Shown: positions 39,709 to 48,430 of the stretch, one piece after another
Position numbering within the stretch: the stretch's first letter is position 1
Layout: each line of letters begins with the position of its first letter
Virus record (IMG/VR): IMGVR_UViG_3300020731_000774
Span: 1 to 64,000 of that record
Origin: a virus
Strand: one strand, 5' to 3'
Length of the DNA stretch: 64,000 nt
Notes under the pieces: model-generated
Database searches by the model: none
What the model saw: the letters and a program-made list of their open reading frames with translations, nothing else
Told to the model about the DNA's origin: nothing
Program-made: the position numbers and the translations under genes

Positions 39709-40080
39709 ATGAAATATTTAAAAAATTTTGAAAGTTATTCAATAGATACAACTAATGAGGCTTTTTTAGGTGGTTTGAGACCACAAGCTGTTATAAAAGA
39801 AATTCTTGCAAATCTTGAAAAAGAAAAAGAAACACTTAAAAAAAAATATAATGATTATGCTGCTAGTTTTGGTGATAGATTTGATGTTGCTAAAAAAAAT
39901 GCACCAAGTGTAGATGCTTTCTTGGGTGGAAAAATAGGAGCAGATGCTGTTAATCCTTCAGATGTTGCAAAGGTAGTTATGAAGGCAAAAATAGTTAAAC
40001 AAAAAGAGAATGGTGAATGGGAAGATGCTGGTAAATACGGTGGTCCAGAATCGGGAACTGGTGCTGAAGGAGCTTTTTAA
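39709..40080 (+). CDS. Putative capsid-internal protein (paralog of 38618)
   Basis: MKYLKNFESY; LKKKYNDYAASFG...APSVDAFL. Confidence 0.55.
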   Translation: MKYLKNFESYSIDTTNEAFLGGLRPQAVIKEILANLEKEKETLKKKYNDYAASFGDRFDVAKKNAPSVDAFLGGKIGADAVNPSDVAKVVMKAKIVKQKENGEWEDAGKYGGPESGTGAEGAF

Positions 40081-40085
40081 AAATA

Positions 40086-40111
40086 AAAAACCATCTTTAA
40101 GATGGTTTTTT
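40086..40111. terminator. Bidirectional intrinsic terminator
   Basis: AAAAACCATCTT-t-AAGATGGTTTTT. Confidence 0.75.
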
Positions 40112-40114
40112 ATT

Positions 40115-40597
40115 TTATATATCCATTGGATGTTTTATTTTTTTATCTTGTAAAAATAATTTATCATTTTCACTCAAGCTATCTATTCCATATTTAGATA
40201 TTTTGTCTAAGATATCATCTTTATCAAGAAAATTTTCTCTATATTTATGAAAATCATGTTTCATATTATCCTCTGCAAAGCCATATATAGATGTATCGTG
40301 CATTGTATAAAGAATTTCATCAGTTATATCTTGAATTATTGTATATCCATCACAACCTTCGTGTATTTTGCTATCTAAATACTTAAAAAGTTCTAACCTA
40401 TCTTCACCGAAGATGATGCCTAGCATCAAATGTCCATTTTCCCAATGACACACTTTACCATCAAACATATAAAAATTTGAATAAGGATCATTTTCAAATG
40501 AATCATATTGTTCAATTTCCGAATTACTTAATCTTATTAATCCATCAAAGGTATCTTCGTTGGAGAAACTAGATAATATTTTATAAACCCTTTTCAT
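40115..40597 (-). CDS. Protein with C-terminal DUF6576-like motif
   Basis: DDILDKISKYGIDSLSENDKLFL; shares DIT...L with 38167. Confidence 0.6.
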   Translation of the reverse strand: MKRVYKILSSFSNEDTFDGLIRLSNSEIEQYDSFENDPYSNFYMFDGKVCHWENGHLMLGIIFGEDRLELFKYLDSKIHEGCDGYTIIQDITDEILYTMHDTSIYGFAEDNMKHDFHKYRENFLDKDDILDKISKYGIDSLSENDKLFLQDKKIKHPMDI

Positions 40598-40662
40598 ATC
40601 TTATTTGTTTGTTTTATAAATATACAAATATTTTTTAAATAAACAAACATTTTTGATATTTA

Positions 40663-41565
40663 TTAAATCTTTTTATCAAAAATATAGAGATCATATATAG
40701 TATTTCCTTTTACATTCTTTATACTTTTAAGAACTTGACCAGTTATTGAATCTAATACTTTATATACACCTAATTGATTATTTTTATCAGTATTTACTTT
40801 AACTGTATTTCCTGGTTGACCTAATGCACCTAAAACTGCTAGATATTTGTTACCATATACACTTTTAAGAAATGTAATTTTAAGACCAGCAACATCTTTT
40901 ATATCGTTTATATATGCATTTTCAGCCACTTTGGTTAAGTCTAATTGACTTTCGGTATCTTTTACTATGATAGATGAAAATTTCTTCTCTGGTGTCCCTA
41001 ATTCAACTTCTTCTCTAGGTTGTATTTTATTTTGATTAACAAGTGCTTGTTGATTTCTTCTAATTGCTGCAAAATCAGCTTTAGCTATAATACCACCTCT
41101 CATTCCTTTATCATTCATATTATAACCAGCTGGTGCTAATCTATAAAAAGACCCAGTAAATGTCATTGATAATATTCTATCTGTTCTGAACATTCTCCAT
41201 ATTTTATTAATATGTCTTCTATTAGAAATTGACCATCCATTTAGATGCCACCCTCTAAGTAATGTTTTACCCTTAGCTGATCTACCTAAAACCATTGGGT
41301 AGATCACTCTCTCATGCCCAGCAAAGTGATCATCTTCTGCGCCTTTATAATTTATAAGCATTACCATACCATATTTAATAGCTTTTATCATAACCTCATC
41401 AGAATATTTAATAGGTTCATTAATGGGAATATTTGCAATATCAGTTACATTTTTCAAGGAAAAACGAGGTATAAATTCATTATCTTCCTTAATAGGATAG
41501 TACTGTTTTACAACATATTCAACAGGTTTAAGATTATAGTATGTTCTTGAATGTGATAAACTCAT
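40663..41565 (-). CDS. WYL-like domain protein
   Basis: I.Y.G.....R.I.P..LG......LRGW...WRMFRTDRI. Confidence 0.65.
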   Translation of the reverse strand: MSLSHSRTYYNLKPVEYVVKQYYPIKEDNEFIPRFSLKNVTDIANIPINEPIKYSDEVMIKAIKYGMVMLINYKGAEDDHFAGHERVIYPMVLGRSAKGKTLLRGWHLNGWSISNRRHINKIWRMFRTDRILSMTFTGSFYRLAPAGYNMNDKGMRGGIIAKADFAAIRRNQQALVNQNKIQPREEVELGTPEKKFSSIIVKDTESQLDLTKVAENAYINDIKDVAGLKITFLKSVYGNKYLAVLGALGQPGNTVKVNTDKNNQLGVYKVLDSITGQVLKSIKNVKGNTIYDLYIFDKKI

Positions 41566-41636
41566 ATTCTATATATTAATTATATATTTTGTATTTTGTA
41601 ATTTAATATATAATGAAATAAAAATAATTTTAAATT

Positions 41637-42389
41637 ATGTCAATTAATAATAGAGAAGATGCTAATAGATATTATCAATTAGTAAATGAATTAGTGGATG
41701 ATTACATGAACAAGAGTAAAATAAGACCATCTAATTTGAAAAGATATTTACAACCAGGATCTGAAAGATTTAATAAATTTATATCAAGAAACAACTTAAA
41801 GGATGTAAGTGGTATTGAAAGAGTATTAGAAGATGTAATAGATGATAGGGTTAATATGGAGGTTGATGGTGTATTAACTTTTGAGAATTTTAAATATTTC
41901 GAATCTGATGAATTTAAAGTAAGTTCACTTAAACAATGTTTATATAAAGGTATTGAAAAATCAGATATAAATATGGAAAAAATATTAGCGGATGTATTTG
42001 ATACTAATATAGGTTCTATTGATATTATTGATACCGAAAGACATTTATTTGATATAAATGATTGGAATGGTAAAAATATAGAAGTTCTTATTTATTCTTT
42101 AGAAGAATTAAAAGTTATAGAGGGAAATATATTTGATTATTTATATAATGAACTTTGTAAAAAAGATATTGAATTAACTAGTAATATACGTGTTAAATTA
42201 TCTGATTTAGTTAAAAGAGATATATTTGAAGATAAAATGTATGGTATATTTAAAATAAATGAAGATGGAAATACACCTGATTTTTTGATAAAATTAATAT
42301 CAGATCTGACTAATATGTCTTATCACAAATCATTCAATAATTACTTCATTTGGGTTGAAAACATGCAACATCATGATATATATAAATAA
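41637..42389 (+). CDS. Hypothetical late protein
   Basis: TAATATATA upstream; internal VLTFENFKYFES. Confidence 0.55.
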   Translation: MSINNREDANRYYQLVNELVDDYMNKSKIRPSNLKRYLQPGSERFNKFISRNNLKDVSGIERVLEDVIDDRVNMEVDGVLTFENFKYFESDEFKVSSLKQCLYKGIEKSDINMEKILADVFDTNIGSIDIIDTERHLFDINDWNGKNIEVLIYSLEELKVIEGNIFDYLYNELCKKDIELTSNIRVKLSDLVKRDIFEDKMYGIFKINEDGNTPDFLIKLISDLTNMSYHKSFNNYFIWVENMQHHDIYK

Positions 42390-42449
42390 TAATTTAGTTT
42401 TTCTTAATTTTTCTTAAATAATATATAAAGAAAAAATTAAGAAAAAATT

Positions 42450-43175
42450 ATGTTATTGAAAAATGGTTCAACAGGAGAAGATGTTAAGAAGCTTCAAGAA
42501 AAATTAGGTTTAAACCCAGATGGTTCCTATGGTTCTGGTACTGAAGGTGCAGTTAAGGAATGGCAATCAAAAAATGGATTAACTCCGGATGGTGTTGTAG
42601 GTGATAATACTTGGTCTAAGTTATTTGGTAATGATACTGTAAAAAATCCAACGCCTATTAGTAGTGAGTTTAAATTAGAAAATTTAAAAACACATATTCC
42701 AGATTCTGTTATAGCACAGATACCTGATACAGCATCTAAATTTAATATTACAAATAACTTAAGGTTAGCACATTTCTTAGCACAATGTGCTCATGAGAGT
42801 GGTGATTTTAAGTGGGTTGTGGAATTTGCATCAGGTAAAGCATATGAGGGTCGTAAGGATTTGGGTAATACTGAACCTGGTGATGGTGTTCGTTTTAAAG
42901 GACGTGGTTTTATACAATGTACAGGTAGAGTTAATTATACGGCATTTTCTAAGTTTATTGGTGAAGATTGTGTAGCTAATCCTGATTTAGTTTCAACAAA
43001 ATATCCTATGGCATCTGCTGCTTGGTTCTTTGATAAGAATAAATTATGGTCAATATGTGATTTGGGATCAAGTGATGATGTTGTAACTAAGGTTACAAGA
43101 CGTGTAAATGGTGGAACAAATGGTCTTGATTCTAGATTAGAAAGATTTCATAAATTTTGGGCTTTATTAAAATAG
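42450..43175 (+). CDS. Endolysin: PG-binding domain plus GH19 domain
   Basis: GS.GEDVK.LQ..LG...DG.YG; LAHFLAQ.AHES; GRGFIQ.TGR.NY; VNGG.NGL. Confidence 0.92.
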   Translation: MLLKNGSTGEDVKKLQEKLGLNPDGSYGSGTEGAVKEWQSKNGLTPDGVVGDNTWSKLFGNDTVKNPTPISSEFKLENLKTHIPDSVIAQIPDTASKFNITNNLRLAHFLAQCAHESGDFKWVVEFASGKAYEGRKDLGNTEPGDGVRFKGRGFIQCTGRVNYTAFSKFIGEDCVANPDLVSTKYPMASAAWFFDKNKLWSICDLGSSDDVVTKVTRRVNGGTNGLDSRLERFHKFWALLK

Positions 43176-43185
43176 TCTAAGACGT

Positions 43186-43217
43186 AAAAAGGGTGCAATC
43201 AAGCACCCTTTTTTTTG
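43186..43217. terminator. Intrinsic terminator
   Basis: AAAAAGGGTGC-aatcaa-GCACCCTTTTT. Confidence 0.75.
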
Positions 43218-43423
43218 AAACCATTTTCATGGTTTAATTTTTCTTTAAAATCTAAAAGAAATTGACATTTTTCATATTCTTCTTTTGTTTTAAAATATAA
43301 TAACATTTCATCAATAAAATCAATTGTATATGGTTTTAGTTTTTCATCAAAAGGTTTATTATTTTTAATTCTACTGAAGCTATTATTGATTAAATAATCG
43401 TAACTATGTATTTTAATATCCAT
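43199..43423 (-). CDS. Small protein with UVR-like motif
   Basis: YF...EEYEKC..L.D. Confidence 0.5.
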   Translation of the reverse strand: MDIKIHSYDYLINNSFSRIKNNKPFDEKLKPYTIDFIDEMLLYFKTKEEYEKCQFLLDFKEKLNHENGFKKKGA

Positions 43424-44046
43424 TATTTGTCTTCTTTACTTAAGTGGTCTAGGAACTTTTTTTCATGATCTGAAAGGGTTTCATAACCCATTTCATTTAT
43501 TTTATCTAATATTTCATTTAGATCTAATTTTCTTTCATTTTCAATAATTATTTTATCAACATCTGAATTAATATCATCTTGTTCTAATATATCATTGAAA
43601 TTGAATTTTTCTTGTATTTCTGATAATTTATTTTGAAAATCAGTTTTGGAAATTGTATAACCCATTACTTCTATAGTATCATCTATGTCATTTGAATATA
43701 TATTATATACCTCTTGTATAATTTCAGTTTTTAAGTCTATATCTATTAAGTCGGATGTATATAGGCATTTATCATCTTTAAATATGCAAAGCATTTGTTT
43801 ATCTAGCATAAGAATAATTTTAACTTCTTTCCAGTCCTTTAATCTAGTGTCAATATATATTATATCATTAACTCTATTAATAAATTTTGTTTTACCAACT
43901 CTTAAATTATTTAAAATTTCGTTAAATTGATCAGAAACATCTTTAATTATTTTTTTATTTTGGAAATATTTTACACTTTTATTGAAAAAAGATGTAAATA
44001 AAATACCAAAAATAAATCCAAATCCTAATAAATTAATTGTAGTCAT
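43423..44046 (-). CDS. Membrane-anchored protein with C-terminal DUF6576-like motif
   Basis: N-terminal TM helix; LNEILDKINEMGYETLSDHEKKFL. Confidence 0.6.
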   Translation of the reverse strand: MTTINLLGFGFIFGILFTSFFNKSVKYFQNKKIIKDVSDQFNEILNNLRVGKTKFINRVNDIIYIDTRLKDWKEVKIILMLDKQMLCIFKDDKCLYTSDLIDIDLKTEIIQEVYNIYSNDIDDTIEVMGYTISKTDFQNKLSEIQEKFNFNDILEQDDINSDVDKIIIENERKLDLNEILDKINEMGYETLSDHEKKFLDHLSKEDK

Positions 44047-44058
44047 ATTTTCCTATTT

Positions 44059-45243
44059 TTATATATTATATATATTTTTTCTTATTTTGATTAGTAAATC
44101 GTTAATAAAATCCATCTCAACTTTATCAGGTAGATTAGAATTAGCGAATAATTCATCAATCTCTACCATTTCTTTCTCAACCTCATCAATTAAAGTTTGA
44201 AGATCTATTTCACCTCTTCTAATTGAGATTAAATATTTAGCATCATCGCGTCTAACATTGATACCTTTACCTTCTGCGATCTCTCTTGCCATAGACATAA
44301 GGCGTTTGGAGTGCATCATATTCTTACCATCAATTTTTTGACCGTGAGATTTAACATCGACCCATCTTGCTTCATTTTTATTTGCTAACCAATCTTCGTA
44401 AGATTTATAATCTTTACAATGTTCTGAATAACCATCTTTATTATAAATAATGTTACAGATAGGTGTTTCGCCTTTTGGTATACTAGAAAGTCTTAATTGG
44501 TTTGATTCAGCAACATTTGAACCTTCACCGACTTTAATAATGCCCTTATATCCAAGACCAACAGCATCACCTTTTTCCTTGTAAATTTTCTTATTGTGTT
44601 CTCTATCTTCTACTGACTCAGATTCTGAAAAACACATGTGAGCCTTCAAATCATAATATACCGCATAAACATCTCTAGCGTTCGGTACATTTACAACGCC
44701 ACAAAACTTTTCATCATATCTACCGTTGCTCCATTTTTTCCAAGGAATAGATTTTGGTCCTTCAATAACATAAACAAAGTCAAGTACATCTTTACGAGTT
44801 ACTTTATCTTTTTCCCAGTTTTGTTTTTTATTTTGACCTTTGGCTTTTTTAATTTGTTCGATTCCATAACCACCAAAAGATTTAGCACAAATTTTAGTGA
44901 TAAATTTATCTCTATTATTTAGTACCTCATCAAAGATAGGATCTTTATAGATAATACAATCATCTGGTGTATTAAGTAATTCTAAAATATTTGGATTATT
45001 TGATGCTAATAGATCTAGAAATCTTCTTATCTCATAGATAACTGTATCATTTTTTTCATCATTGATTTGTTCGGTGTAATTAAACCCAAGTATATCATCA
45101 ATCTTTTGAATAAATACACCTGCGTAGTCAGTATCTGAATTTTCAACATTAGTACCATATGCTTGTGATCCTCTAATAACTAGCAACAGGGGTTTGGCAC
45201 CAGGTGATTTTTCTTGTATGAGTTTAAATAGTTGTTGTAGCAT
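44059..45243 (-). CDS. Pol-beta superfamily nucleotidyltransferase (YcgL/RlaP-like)
   Basis: GSQAYG.....SD.D..GVF; NPNILELL; K.MMH..RL. Confidence 0.8.
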   Translation of the reverse strand: MLQQLFKLIQEKSPGAKPLLLVIRGSQAYGTNVENSDTDYAGVFIQKIDDILGFNYTEQINDEKNDTVIYEIRRFLDLLASNNPNILELLNTPDDCIIYKDPIFDEVLNNRDKFITKICAKSFGGYGIEQIKKAKGQNKKQNWEKDKVTRKDVLDFVYVIEGPKSIPWKKWSNGRYDEKFCGVVNVPNARDVYAVYYDLKAHMCFSESESVEDREHNKKIYKEKGDAVGLGYKGIIKVGEGSNVAESNQLRLSSIPKGETPICNIIYNKDGYSEHCKDYKSYEDWLANKNEARWVDVKSHGQKIDGKNMMHSKRLMSMAREIAEGKGINVRRDDAKYLISIRRGEIDLQTLIDEVEKEMVEIDELFANSNLPDKVEMDFINDLLIKIRKNIYNI

Positions 45244-45264
45244 AGTTTAATAATTAATTATTTA

Positions 45265-45295
45265 CAAATATAGTAATTATTTACAAAAGACCAAA
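45265..45295 (-). promoter_or_regulatory. Bacteroidota-type primary-sigma promoter (TTTG-N19-TATATTTG)
   Basis: Matches the -33/-7 consensus TTTG/TAnnTTTG; TATATTTG also precedes the 4564-5985, 25936 and 38167 genes. Confidence 0.65.
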
Positions 45296-45332
45296 GTAAA
45301 ATTTAATATATAATAAAAAATAATAAAATTTT

Positions 45333-46334
45333 ATGCCAGGAACAGGTAGTTATATTGGTCCAAATGTTAATTCTGATTATATAGGTGATATTGGTACTTT
45401 ACTTTCAGAGATAAAGGATAATTCTTCACAATTGATTAAACCTAAAGATGTTAGAGATTCTGTTTGGACGTTATGGAATAGAATTGATGATATTCAGATA
45501 ATTGCTAGTCAATCAGCAACCTCATCAAATGCAGTTTACTATAGTAATAGTAATCCAACAACACAAACTGTTGGAGGTATTTCATTAGGTACATCATTTA
45601 GTGGTACATATTCTATTCAACAAATGTTTGATATGTTATTATATCCATATGTTGCACCAATATCAAGTATATCAATTCCTATTAACAACCCTAGACAATT
45701 TGGTGGATCAACTTCTGTTAGTATTAACTGGGTTGCAACTAAAACTAAAAATAATATAACGAGTATTAAAGTTGATGGTTTGACTGTAGCACCAACTGGT
45801 AATACTCAAACTGGTGTTAAAACATCTGTTGGTACTTATAGTCTTAATCCAGGTGTCCAAGAAGTTCAATCATTTACAATGTCAGTTGGTGATGGTACTT
45901 CAACTGTTACATCAACAACTACATTAGTTTGGCAAAATAAAATTTATTGGGGTAAAGTTGATTTAAGTACTTTATCTAATCCAAATCTAACAACTGATCC
46001 ATCATATTCTAATTCTGTTGGTTCTTTTATAAGTGATAGTGTTATAAAATCATTAAATGGTGCAGGTGTATCACCTGGTTATGTGTTAACAAATACGTTT
46101 TCAAAAACATATGTGAATATAAATGGTGGGGGTATGTATTTGGTATTTGCTTGGCCTAGTGTATTTGGAACTCCTAGTTTTGTTGTTAATGGGTTATTAA
46201 GTACAGCCTTTACAAAGGTTAGGGGTGTATCTAATTTAAATTCATTTACAAATGAACTTGGTTTTACATCTAATTATGATGTGTGGGTTAGTAACACTGC
46301 TCAAAACTCACCACTTACAATAATAATAAGTTAA
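45333..46334 (+). CDS. Virion structural protein (Ser/Thr-rich, beta-sheet)
   Basis: Late motif upstream; Ig-like composition. Confidence 0.5.
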   Translation: MPGTGSYIGPNVNSDYIGDIGTLLSEIKDNSSQLIKPKDVRDSVWTLWNRIDDIQIIASQSATSSNAVYYSNSNPTTQTVGGISLGTSFSGTYSIQQMFDMLLYPYVAPISSISIPINNPRQFGGSTSVSINWVATKTKNNITSIKVDGLTVAPTGNTQTGVKTSVGTYSLNPGVQEVQSFTMSVGDGTSTVTSTTTLVWQNKIYWGKVDLSTLSNPNLTTDPSYSNSVGSFISDSVIKSLNGAGVSPGYVLTNTFSKTYVNINGGGMYLVFAWPSVFGTPSFVVNGLLSTAFTKVRGVSNLNSFTNELGFTSNYDVWVSNTAQNSPLTIIIS

Positions 46335-46348
46335 AATAAATATAAGAT

Positions 46349-47638
46349 ATGCAAAATACAGGAACTTTAATATCATCATCAATAAGACCAAATAATCCAA
46401 GTGATGCTATAGCAACCGTTTATGCTGTTGAAGCTAAAGGTGGTCATCATTCATATGCTTTATTAACTGATAGAGATTCAATTATTAAAGAAAGAAGAGA
46501 ATGGGGTATGATTTGTAGTGTATACAATGATGTTAACCCATTGAATAATGGTACATATCAATTGAAATATGGTTATGTTGATTCTAATATAAATAATAAT
46601 TTAAATTGGGTTAAATTCGTAACAGGTGGTTCATCTACTAGTGGTGATACTTATTGGTTAGATCCAATTATATCAGTAGCTAGTGTTGAATATATCTCTC
46701 CTAGTGATGGAGATCGTTATTTATTGGGTGATTCTCCAAGTGGAGTTAATTGGGGAGTTTTAGTTAAAGGTGATATAGTTCAGTGGAATGCAACTAAGGG
46801 TATTTGGGTAGTAACTACACCAAAGGATGGTATGTCAGTTAGAGTTAATAACCAAGATAATATAATATTTCGTTATGACTTAGGTAAGGGTTTTTGGGTA
46901 AAGGAGAAAGAGAATCAAATATTACCAATAAGTGCTGTTACTAGTGATGGTATTGTTTTCACATCTACTTGTGATAATTTATTTACATATCAACTTGATA
47001 CGATATATATTGTTCAATTTTCTACTACTAATAATAGTACTACATTAACATTGAATATAAATGGATTAGGTGCTAAAACTTTGAAAAATCAGAGTAGTGC
47101 AGGTTTGGGTGATTTTGTAAAAGGTGAGATTAATCCTAATGTTTTGTATAATATTCAATATGATGGTACTTATTTTAGATTAACTAAACCTAGTAGTGAT
47201 CCGACATTAGTTCGTTATAATATAAGATCAAATGAAACCGTTATAGTTCCAGCATATCAGGAGTATTTAGTTTATGGTGACATGGTAGTTAATGGTAATT
47301 TGAATATAGATAATAATGGTAAAGTTGTTGTTATTAATGGTTCGTTTAATGTTGGTGTTGGTGGGACTGTATCAAATTATGGTAATGTTCAATTATTGAA
47401 TATTCCATTGGGGACAGGTAGTGGTCTAGTTAGTAAATATTCTGTTAGTATTTCATTGGTTTCTAATACTCCATATACACTTACACATAATCTTAATTCA
47501 TTAAGTGTTGGTGTTACATGTTGGAATGATAGTACACAAAATATGTTTTATCCATCTATAAGTAGAAATGGTTCTAATAGTGTTGTGATTACTTCTACTA
47601 GTTCAGTATCAAGTGCTACTATAGTTGTTATGGGTTAG
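46349..47638 (+). CDS. Tail-fibre-like protein with DUF2793-like domain
   Basis: P.DGDRYL.G..P.G..W...W....P..G; TLNINGLGAK; THNLN. Confidence 0.55.
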   Translation: MQNTGTLISSSIRPNNPSDAIATVYAVEAKGGHHSYALLTDRDSIIKERREWGMICSVYNDVNPLNNGTYQLKYGYVDSNINNNLNWVKFVTGGSSTSGDTYWLDPIISVASVEYISPSDGDRYLLGDSPSGVNWGVLVKGDIVQWNATKGIWVVTTPKDGMSVRVNNQDNIIFRYDLGKGFWVKEKENQILPISAVTSDGIVFTSTCDNLFTYQLDTIYIVQFSTTNNSTTLTLNINGLGAKTLKNQSSAGLGDFVKGEINPNVLYNIQYDGTYFRLTKPSSDPTLVRYNIRSNETVIVPAYQEYLVYGDMVVNGNLNIDNNGKVVVINGSFNVGVGGTVSNYGNVQLLNIPLGTGSGLVSKYSVSISLVSNTPYTLTHNLNSLSVGVTCWNDSTQNMFYPSISRNGSNSVVITSTSSVSSATIVVMG

Positions 47639-47910
47639 AAATTTAAAATTGTTTCTATATTTTCTAAATTAAAACCATCTAGTGGTTTACCACCATTTTT
47701 AAGATAGTTTTGATACATATCATTATAATCATCTTCTGAATAAAATTTATTATCAGATGCTAGTATAACATCAGTATCATGATAATTTATTGTATTTGGG
47801 CTTTTCTGTGTACCATATGATGGTCCAAAATAACTGAAGTTTGGATTTGTGGGTATTTCAGTACCTGATATGGATTCTTTTACAAATTTATTAAATCTTT
47901 TAATCTTCAT
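47635..47910 (-). CDS. Putative capsid-internal protein
   Basis: MKIKRFNKFVKES. Confidence 0.5.
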   Translation of the reverse strand: MKIKRFNKFVKESISGTEIPTNPNFSYFGPSYGTQKSPNTINYHDTDVILASDNKFYSEDDYNDMYQNYLKNGGKPLDGFNLENIETILNF

Positions 47911-48376
47911 TATTATTGGCTTCTATTTTTTCGAAATATTCATCTTGTATTTCAAGTGAATAACTTTTTTTCCCTATATTATAAATTAAATTGTATAAAT
48001 ATTTATCTTCTAGATAATGTTTTTCATTTCCCCTCATGTATATTATAGCTTTATCATCTTCAAAATCATTTTCAATATTTAGTATTTCTAATCTAAATGC
48101 ACCATCTTGATCTTCCAGATTGCATATTATTTTTATGTTTGATTTTAATAATTCTTTAATTTTAGATGATGTTGTATTTTTTGATAATAGCATATAATCA
48201 TTTAAAATATCATTTTTAGTTGCTTCGTATAGGTCAATAAAATTCTTTTCCCTTTCAGAGAGTTTCTTCTTTTTATTAATCTTTGTAAGAATTCTATCTA
48301 ATTCTATATCCTTTAAAGACTCACCTAGAAGATAATATTTAATTATTTTTTTAATTTTCATATTTTCTGTTAACAT
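47900..48376 (-). CDS. Hypothetical protein with degenerate DUF6576-like motif
   Basis: LDRILTKINKKKKLSEREKNFI. Confidence 0.5.
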   Translation of the reverse strand: MLTENMKIKKIIKYYLLGESLKDIELDRILTKINKKKKLSEREKNFIDLYEATKNDILNDYMLLSKNTTSSKIKELLKSNIKIICNLEDQDGAFRLEILNIENDFEDDKAIIYMRGNEKHYLEDKYLYNLIYNIGKKSYSLEIQDEYFEKIEANNNED

Positions 48377-48430
48377 ATATATTAAGAAGTATAATCGTTT
48401 TTTATATATACTATGTAAAAATTATATTAA

